Shown in pieces: positions 26,215-32,225 of a stretch of DNA of 32,225 nt (positions within the stretch are counted from its first letter, which is position 1; every line of letters starts with the position of its first letter). Location of the stretch: positions 1 to 32,225 of the IMG/VR virus record IMGVR_UViG_3300020239_000013; one strand, written 5' to 3'. The notes below the pieces were generated by a model, which was not told where the DNA came from, ran no database searches, and worked only from the letters and a program-made list of their open reading frames with translations. The DNA comes from a virus (Duplodnaviria; Caudoviricetes). Position numbers and translations under genes: made by a program.

Positions 26215-26327
26215 ATTTTTGCGATGAGAGTTAAGGCCTCCTAGTCGGTAGCGACGAAATTAAATAACCACGCGACTCCTCTTGACGGGTTCCTTGAGTT
26301 CACTCGGCCTGGTGAAATTGCAAAAAT
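26215..26327 (+). ncRNA. Candidate structured RNA of unknown class
   Basis: Closing stem ATTTTTGCGAT/ATTGCAAAAAT, internal hairpins and raised GC content. Confidence 0.45.
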
Positions 26328-26369
26328 AAGCCTAGAGCGTACACAATCAAGTGATACCTCTAGGCTTTT
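26328..26369. terminator. Hairpin between convergent units (possibly bidirectional terminator)
   Basis: AAGCCTAGAG...CTCTAGGCTT 10-bp stem with an A run before and TTTT after. Confidence 0.6.
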
Positions 26370-26399
26370 AAAATTGCTAACCCACATCCGAGATACGTC

Positions 26400-26795
26400 T
26401 CAGTCCGACAATTCCGCAATTTTTTTCTGCAAATCCTCTTCCGACATTTCCGCCGTATCAAGTGTCAAGCTAGTCTGGTCAATACGCTGTAGCTTCGGCT
26501 GTTCATACTCAGCTAACGCCATAGCCAATCGTTCTATAGTTTCTTGATCTTCCAATTCAATAGCCTTCGCCAATTGTACTTTAAGTATATCAACGGCCGA
26601 TGGCATTTCGGAAATTACTTCATCCCTAATTTTTTTAAACTCGGAGGCTGACAGTCTCATAGCTTCTCTGAGTGCTTTGTTCTGACGACGCTTCTCCGCG
26701 CCTCTCGCCTGCATCTCACGAGCTGTCTCTGAGTCCATCACTGGTCTCAACTGTGCAAGCGAATTCGGGTGCTTCCCGCAATTCTCATAACCCAT
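26400..26795 (-). CDS. Putative terminase small subunit
   Basis: HPNSLAQL.P...ARE....G N-terminus, PKLQR.D and MSEEDL C-terminus; AAGGAGGT SD; shares an upstream motif with terL. Confidence 0.6.
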   Translation of the reverse strand: MGYENCGKHPNSLAQLRPVMDSETAREMQARGAEKRRQNKALREAMRLSASEFKKIRDEVISEMPSAVDILKVQLAKAIELEDQETIERLAMALAEYEQPKLQRIDQTSLTLDTAEMSEEDLQKKIAELSD

Positions 26796-26917
26796 AGGTA
26801 CCTCCTTTAGATTTCTTTTAGGAGACGTTTAAGATCTTAATTAAATTTATTCCGCTGTCGCTACATAAATTTTTATATAATATATATTTTTTAATAACCC
26901 ACATCCGGAGTATGCGT

Positions 26918-27085
26918 ATGAAACCACATATTAGAATCATTAATCCTATAGCTAAAGCTATGAATGAAGGTAGAAGACGTGAATACGCACATAAAGTTAT
27001 TCCAGATAAAACTAAATACAATCGTAAGAAAGGAAATAAGTATGGCAAAAGTAACAGCCTCGACGATATTGAAAGAAGCAGCTGA
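26918..27085 (+). CDS. 55-aa basic protein, weakly ArfA-like (not in ORF track)
   Basis: MKPHIRIINPIAKAMNEGRRREYAHKVIPDKTKYNRKKGNK...; GGAG SD. Confidence 0.6.
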   Translation: MKPHIRIINPIAKAMNEGRRREYAHKVIPDKTKYNRKKGNKYGKSNSLDDIERSS

Positions 27086-27365
27086 GCTTAAAGAAAGAAA
27101 GCAAGCTGATTACCAAGGTAACATGTGGACTGAAGAAGATTACTTTCCATATGGTAATAAATCGTATATGCATATGATTCATACTAAGTATTTACGCATG
27201 AGAAGTCTTGCAGAAACTAAAGATAAAAAGATTAACTTTGAATCCTTAGAAGATACTTTAGTAGACATGGCAGTTTATTGTGCAATGTTTGCAGCTTATT
27301 TAGAAAATAAGAAATTAGAAAATGCAGATGTTATTGATAAAATTAATTCTGAGAAAGGAATATAA
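27042..27365 (+). CDS. Nucleotide-modification-associated (Nmad1/DUF1599-like) helical protein
   Basis: K..DY, YFP.G..SY, K..R..SL and FES.EDTL.D...Y motifs; AAGGA SD places the start at 27042. Confidence 0.7.
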   Translation: MAKVTASTILKEAAELKERKQADYQGNMWTEEDYFPYGNKSYMHMIHTKYLRMRSLAETKDKKINFESLEDTLVDMAVYCAMFAAYLENKKLENADVIDKINSEKGI

Positions 27366-27587
27366 ATGCAATTTAAAAATCTATTTAATCATGGTAAATA
27401 CGGTGATGCTACTCAATACAATGTATTACTATGTAAGCAGCAATACTCTGAAAAGAAGATTGTAATTAAATTAGAAGAAATTGAATCAATTGAAGAATGG
27501 AACTCTGGTTCTTTATGTGTATACATGAGATCAGGTACCAGACTTTATGTTGAAGGTGACCTAACAGATATATTTAAAAGTGAATAA
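27366..27587 (+). CDS. Hypothetical protein
   Basis: 73 aa ORF, AAGGA SD. Confidence 0.65.
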   Translation: MQFKNLFNHGKYGDATQYNVLLCKQQYSEKKIVIKLEEIESIEEWNSGSLCVYMRSGTRLYVEGDLTDIFKSE

Positions 27588-27589
27588 AC

Positions 27590-28402
27590 ATGCAAATATA
27601 TAACCAAAAATATTTAAATATAGCTGAAGACATACTAAGATATGGTCGTCAGAAAGAAGGTCGTAATGGTTATACTAGATCTTTACCATTTAAAGAACTA
27701 GAATTTGATATGCGTAATCATTACTTCCCGTTACTAACATCACGTAAGATACACTATGAAGGTGTACTAGGTGAATACGCTGCTATAATTAGACAGCCTA
27801 AAAATGTTAAAGACTTTCAGAAATGGGGGTGCAATTACTGGAATGAGTTCGGAGATCCTGATACTGGCGAGTTACGTCTTAGTTACGGTAATAGTTGGTA
27901 TAATTTTAATGGTGTTAATCAAGTAAGAAACGTATTAAATAATCTTAGATCTAATCCATATGATAGAAGACATATTATTAGCGCATGGAATCCTGAAGGT
28001 ATGGAAGATCTAAGTTTACCACCATGTCATTTCTTATATCAATTCTATGTTGATGAAGATAAATATGATAATGAGAAAACTTTATCTATGTTAATGTATT
28101 CAAGATCAGGTGATTGGATGGTAGGTATACCAAGTGATATGGTATTTGGTGCTACTATGCTAGCATGTTGGTCTAACTTAATTGGTGCTAAGTCAGGTAC
28201 ACTAAAACTAATGGTAGCTGATGCACATATTTATTCAGATCATTTTAGTACAGCTTGGTCACAAATAGAAAATGGTTATGTACATTATGATGCTAACTAT
28301 CATTTGCAACCACAGTTTAGTACAGAAGATTTTGAACCAAAGCATATGGAAATATATAACTACGAACATAAAGGAAATATAAAGTATGAGCTTAAAACGT
28401 AA
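27590..28402 (+). CDS. Thymidylate-synthase-family enzyme, predicted dCMP-specific (methylase or hydroxymethylase)
   Basis: FPLLTSRK, DRRHIISAWNP, LPPCH, RSGD and HIY motifs; Asp (GIPSD) in place of the dUMP-selecting Asn (GLPFN). Confidence 0.8.
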   Translation: MQIYNQKYLNIAEDILRYGRQKEGRNGYTRSLPFKELEFDMRNHYFPLLTSRKIHYEGVLGEYAAIIRQPKNVKDFQKWGCNYWNEFGDPDTGELRLSYGNSWYNFNGVNQVRNVLNNLRSNPYDRRHIISAWNPEGMEDLSLPPCHFLYQFYVDEDKYDNEKTLSMLMYSRSGDWMVGIPSDMVFGATMLACWSNLIGAKSGTLKLMVADAHIYSDHFSTAWSQIENGYVHYDANYHLQPQFSTEDFEPKHMEIYNYEHKGNIKYELKT

Positions 28403-28919
28403 CGAAAATTATTCAGAATGGTATGATGATATTAGAATCATGCATGATAAATTCGGTGCTAAAGAATGGGTTAGACGCCAATTCGAAGCAAGAAATTTTA
28501 AATTATTAAATGATTTCTTAGCATTTAGATTAGACTTTTTAGAAGAAGAGTTTGAAGAAACTCAAGCAGCTTTCTTAAATAAAGATCACAAAGAAGTAGT
28601 TGATGGTTTAATTGATCTTATTGTTATTGCAATAGGTACATTAGAATTATTTAATTGTGATGCAGATAAGGTATGGAAAGAAGTACATAAATCTAATATG
28701 GCTAAAGAACCTGGAGCAAATAAATCCAGGAAGAATCCATTTGGTTTACCAGATATGGTTAAACCTGAAGGCTGGAAAGGACCTGAAATAACTAAGTATG
28801 ATTGCGGAATACTATCTGATATATTTGAAGCAGAAAGAGAAAGGCTTTTAGTATTAAGAGAAAAACGTGATTTACAAAATGAATTTAAAGGTCAAGTAGC
28901 AAACTCACAATATGAATAA
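28386..28919 (+). CDS. MazG-like (DR2231/PRA-PH type) dNTP pyrophosphatase
   Basis: EEE.EE, E.VDGLIDL, EVH.SNM.K and KP.GW..P motifs. Confidence 0.85.
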   Translation: MSLKRNENYSEWYDDIRIMHDKFGAKEWVRRQFEARNFKLLNDFLAFRLDFLEEEFEETQAAFLNKDHKEVVDGLIDLIVIAIGTLELFNCDADKVWKEVHKSNMAKEPGANKSRKNPFGLPDMVKPEGWKGPEITKYDCGILSDIFEAERERLLVLREKRDLQNEFKGQVANSQYE

Positions 28920-28928
28920 GGAGTATAT

Positions 28929-29123
28929 ATGAGTGACGATTTACAAAAAACTAATGTTGCTGATAGCAAACCTGTAACGGTTGATGATGTTAGAAAAGCA
29001 ATAATAGGTGACGAAAATAAATTCTTGTTATTAAATGTATTCAATAATTTAATGCAAGAAAATCAACAACTTAAAGCTGAGCTTGAAGCCAGCAGAAAGG
29101 CTAACAATGAGGCTAACGTTTGA
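28929..29123 (+). CDS. Small coiled-coil protein
   Basis: TAAGGAG SD; LMQENQQLKAELE. Confidence 0.65.
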   Translation: MSDDLQKTNVADSKPVTVDDVRKAIIGDENKFLLLNVFNNLMQENQQLKAELEASRKANNEANV

Positions 29124-30942
29124 TATAGAAACTGACGGTCTAGATGCGACTAAGATATGGTGTTTAGTAATACAAAACATAGATACAGGTCGTATCATGA
29201 AATACACTAATGAATCCGATAAATATGATGGGCCTATTAAAATGGGCCTATCATTATTAGAAAAAGCAAATTTACTAATAGCACATAATGGTATTGGTTT
29301 TGATGCACTAGTAATTAAAAGATTATATAATGTTGATTTGTATCAAGGTAATAGATTCTTTGATACATGGATAGCATCTCAAGTATTAAACTACAGACGA
29401 CCACATAAACATGGGTTAGCTGGATGGGGTGAGTATCTTAAATATCATAAAGGTAGTTATGATGATTGGTCACATTTCTCTGATAGAATGATGGAGTATT
29501 GTGTAAGAGATGTTAAATTAAACTCTGTAATATACGGTCATCTTACATCAGAATTAAATAGATTAGCCATGAAGAAACCATTAATACGTAAAGGTTTACG
29601 AAATGAAATGACTGCTGCTAAATTTGATGCATACTGTCAATACTATGGCTGGGCTTTTAATAAAGATAAAGCTAATTTATTATTAGATGATATTGAAAGT
29701 AGTATGAATGCTATCGAAAAAGTAATTGAACCTGAGCTACCACCAGTTATTAAGTTAATTGATAAGAAACCTAAGACACCTAAGTTTACTAAGAAAGGTG
29801 AATACACTGCAGCCACTGCACGTATGCTAAGTGAATTTCTTAATCAAGAAGTTAAACCTAATCATACATTTAAATGGGAAGCTGGTAGAGAGTTTCAAAG
29901 AAAAGAAACTAAGAAAGCTAATATGGGTAATCTTGCACAAGTTAAAGAATACTTATACTCAATCGGATGGGAACCTGATGATTGGAAAATGGAAAGATTA
30001 GGCAGAGAGTTCATTAAGAAAACACCTAAACTTACATCAACTTCATTAGAAAAGCTTGGTGATAAAGGTAAAATGATTGATGAATGGACTACACTTAGAT
30101 CACGTAAAGGTGTTGTTGAAGGCTGGCTTAATAACTTAAAGAATAATAGATTACATGGTAAACTATGGATAGTAGGTACACCTACATTCAGATGTCGCCA
30201 TGAAGTTATTGCTAATCTTCCAGCAGCTAATGCTAAACTTGGTAAATCAATTAGAGAATTACTAACAGCAGAACCTGGAAGAAAGATAGTAGGTGCTGAT
30301 TCTAGTGGTAATCAATTCAGATCATTAGCACATTATGTTAAATCAGATAGTCTTACAAATCAAATACTAGATGGAGATATACATCAGTATAATGCAGACA
30401 TTATTAATACTGATAGACGTACTGCAAAGACTTGGATCTATGCATTTCTATTTGGTGCTGGTGCTACTAAACTTGGTAAAGTACTTACAGGTAAAGGTAA
30501 CATACAAGCTGGCAAACAATCTATAGAAAAGTATGGTGATGCTATTCCTGGTTTAAAAGCATTAAAAGATAATCTAGTATCAATGTGGAATATAACAGAT
30601 AATCATAGCAGAAATGTTGAAGGTTATGTTCCTGGTCTTGATGGTCGTAAAGTTTATGTACCACAAGATTATCAAACACTTAATTATTTGTTACAAAGTT
30701 GTGAAGCTATAACTACAAAAGCTGCATTACATTATCAAATGAATAAAATTAAATCAGAAAATCTTGATGCTGAGCCTAGACTTTATTATCATGATGAAGT
30801 AGCATGGTCAGTAGCAGAAGAAGATGCTGATAGAGTATTAGAAATACTTATAGAATCATTTGCCGAAGGTCCTAAAGAAATGGGCGTAGATATTATGGCA
30901 GGTGAAGGTACAATTGGTAATAACTATGCGGAGGTACACTAA
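29107..30942 (+). CDS. Family A (T7-like) DNA polymerase with 3'-5' exonuclease
   Basis: FDIETDG, AHNGIGFD and YC.RDV exonuclease motifs; motif A GADSSGNQFR.LAHY, B RRTAKTWIYAFLFG, C YHDE; ATG at 29107. Confidence 0.95.
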   Translation: MRLTFDIETDGLDATKIWCLVIQNIDTGRIMKYTNESDKYDGPIKMGLSLLEKANLLIAHNGIGFDALVIKRLYNVDLYQGNRFFDTWIASQVLNYRRPHKHGLAGWGEYLKYHKGSYDDWSHFSDRMMEYCVRDVKLNSVIYGHLTSELNRLAMKKPLIRKGLRNEMTAAKFDAYCQYYGWAFNKDKANLLLDDIESSMNAIEKVIEPELPPVIKLIDKKPKTPKFTKKGEYTAATARMLSEFLNQEVKPNHTFKWEAGREFQRKETKKANMGNLAQVKEYLYSIGWEPDDWKMERLGREFIKKTPKLTSTSLEKLGDKGKMIDEWTTLRSRKGVVEGWLNNLKNNRLHGKLWIVGTPTFRCRHEVIANLPAANAKLGKSIRELLTAEPGRKIVGADSSGNQFRSLAHYVKSDSLTNQILDGDIHQYNADIINTDRRTAKTWIYAFLFGAGATKLGKVLTGKGNIQAGKQSIEKYGDAIPGLKALKDNLVSMWNITDNHSRNVEGYVPGLDGRKVYVPQDYQTLNYLLQSCEAITTKAALHYQMNKIKSENLDAEPRLYYHDEVAWSVAEEDADRVLEILIESFAEGPKEMGVDIMAGEGTIGNNYAEVH

Positions 30943-31418
30943 TGATTGTAGATATTAATGTAACAAAAGATTTTATTAATCAACGTGATGCTCGCGCTGA
31001 AATATATAATCCAAGGGGCAGATCATTCGAACGATTAAAACTTGATATTGAATGTGAAATATTTGAGTGGTGGATGATTGATAAAGGTACTTGGCAAGAC
31101 CATATTGATTGGCAAGTTGATGGCGTCGATCAAATATATGGTAATGTTGATGTTAAATTTATTAAAACCTGGTATAATATTCCATGCAATAAAATGGTTT
31201 ATTTATTAAAGCAAAGAGAATTAACAGATAACTTTTTCTTTTGTGAATGGAATGATAGACCTGAAAGATTATTAGTTGCAGGTGATATGGTTAAAGTTAA
31301 TACACTTGGTGTACTAGAATACTGGGAACTAATGGATATAATTAAACCTTCTAAATACAACGGGTTTTATGCAGATATTCGTAAGCATTTAGAAAGAAAG
31401 GAAGTACATGGAAACTAA
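30942..31418 (+). CDS. Putative PD-(D/E)xK endonuclease
   Basis: E..E helix, then VD and VDVK spacing typical of restriction-endonuclease-like folds. Confidence 0.5.
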   Translation: MIVDINVTKDFINQRDARAEIYNPRGRSFERLKLDIECEIFEWWMIDKGTWQDHIDWQVDGVDQIYGNVDVKFIKTWYNIPCNKMVYLLKQRELTDNFFFCEWNDRPERLLVAGDMVKVNTLGVLEYWELMDIIKPSKYNGFYADIRKHLERKEVHGN

Positions 31419-32190
31419 ACACATGTTTGTAGATACAGATTCTATATTCTTTAAGATAGCATATAAATCTAAGAATCAATCTGAACTACGCAAGAACTAT
31501 AATAGCTTTTGTAATAAGATGAAGCTAGAAGTTTCTGATAAAATGGTTAATCCTTTTACTGAAGAACTGAAAGTATTATATGCAGTTAAAGGTAAAGGTA
31601 ACTATCGCAAAGAACTTAGTTCTGATTATAAGTCTACGCGTCCTGAGCTTGATAAAGATGTAAGAGATAAACTAAATTACTTACATAAACATGCAGTATC
31701 TAAAGGTGCTATTCAAGCAGACGGTATGGAAGCAGATGACTTAGTTTCTATATGGGCACGTGAAGCGCTCGATAGAAAAGAAGAGTATGTAATTTGTGGT
31801 ATAGATAAAGATTTACTACAGATACCAGGTCATCATTACAATTATGGTAAAGATACTTGGCAGCTTATCAATGAAGAAGAAGCATTACATAATCTATATA
31901 TTCAATGTTTGACTGGTGATAACACAGATAATATTCCAGGTCTAAAAGGTATTGGTCCTAAGAAAGCAGCAAAGATTTTAGCTGGCGTACCACTATCAAG
32001 ACAATGGAATAAGATTAAAGCTACGTGGAAAGAACATGGTCAGAGTATAAAACAGTTAGAGCTTAGTCATAAGTTACTAAGAATGCTAACGTCATGGGAA
32101 GAATATGAAGATATTAAAGCATACATTCAAAGTAAAGCCACTGTCAGCGAATCAAATGACGTACAGGAACAAGTCGATAAAGTCGGCTAA
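31408..32190 (+). CDS. 5'-3' exonuclease (T7 gp6/RNase H-like)
   Basis: D.D, NYR, YK..R, EADD, DKDL.QIPG and GD.TDNIPG..GIG.KKA motifs. Confidence 0.92.
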   Translation: METKHMFVDTDSIFFKIAYKSKNQSELRKNYNSFCNKMKLEVSDKMVNPFTEELKVLYAVKGKGNYRKELSSDYKSTRPELDKDVRDKLNYLHKHAVSKGAIQADGMEADDLVSIWAREALDRKEEYVICGIDKDLLQIPGHHYNYGKDTWQLINEEEALHNLYIQCLTGDNTDNIPGLKGIGPKKAAKILAGVPLSRQWNKIKATWKEHGQSIKQLELSHKLLRMLTSWEEYEDIKAYIQSKATVSESNDVQEQVDKVG

Positions 32191-32225
32191 GTATATCGAA
32201 TATCAAAATGAATTAAGAGACGAAC
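32105..32225 (+). CDS. RusA-like Holliday junction resolvase, partial
   Basis: MKILKHTFKVKPLSANQM....KS.KY..Y N-terminus; position after the exonuclease; catalytic residues lie outside the window. Confidence 0.5.
   Translation, partial: MKILKHTFKVKPLSANQMTYRNKSIKSAKYIEYQNELRDE

Noticed and set aside
26214-26327. Theta/HDV-like, hammerhead or pistol ribozyme, or tmRNA after the tRNA
   Set aside because: GCC-UCCUAGU-C-GGU mimics P3/L3 but P1 and P1.1 are missing; there is no CUGAUGA core, pistol topology or tag frame. Kept only as an unassigned RNA.
24549-27048. Minus-strand ORFs 24549-24785, 25521-25736 and 26818-27048
   Set aside because: They overlap better-supported plus-strand genes or regulatory motifs and have no protein-like features.
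27590-28402. Gene symbol thyA
   Set aside because: The specificity residue is Asp, so dUMP methylation cannot be assumed.
1-32225. Prophage, integrase, RNA polymerase or stop-codon recoding
   Set aside because: No host genes, integrase or RNAP are visible; genes end in TAA, TAG and TGA and pack densely under the standard code.

Overview
AT-rich segment of a lytic tailed-phage genome with podovirus-type genes, most like marine SIO1/Zobellviridae-type phages (inferred from gene content, no search run). The left arm (1-22.6 kb, minus strand) holds the terminase large subunit, portal, Hsp20, scaffold, SU10/DUF5309-type major capsid, head-tail adaptor, about ten modular tail-fibre/C1q genes and many tiny basic or membrane proteins. 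The right arm (22.8-32.2 kb, plus strand) holds early genes, an SSB, tRNA-His, an antisense putative terminase small subunit and a nucleotide/replication cluster (Nmad1-like protein, thymidylate-synthase homologue, MazG-like pyrophosphatase, family A polymerase, PD-(D/E)xK-like nuclease, 5'-3' exonuclease, RusA-like). The most striking signal is the first plus-strand transcription unit (about 22.77-23.30 kb). It has a promoter, Shine-Dalgarno, 117-codon ORF and terminator but is almost free of G on the coding strand, so its template strand is almost free of C. The thymidylate-synthase homologue carries the Asn-to-Asp change that marks dCMP-specific (hydroxy)methylases. Together these suggest a cytosine-modified genome whose first gene avoids modified C in its template. 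That link is an inference. Other signals are a ROSE-like thermometer before hsp20, two H-type pseudoknots, several repeated intergenic motifs and a structured RNA after the tRNA.
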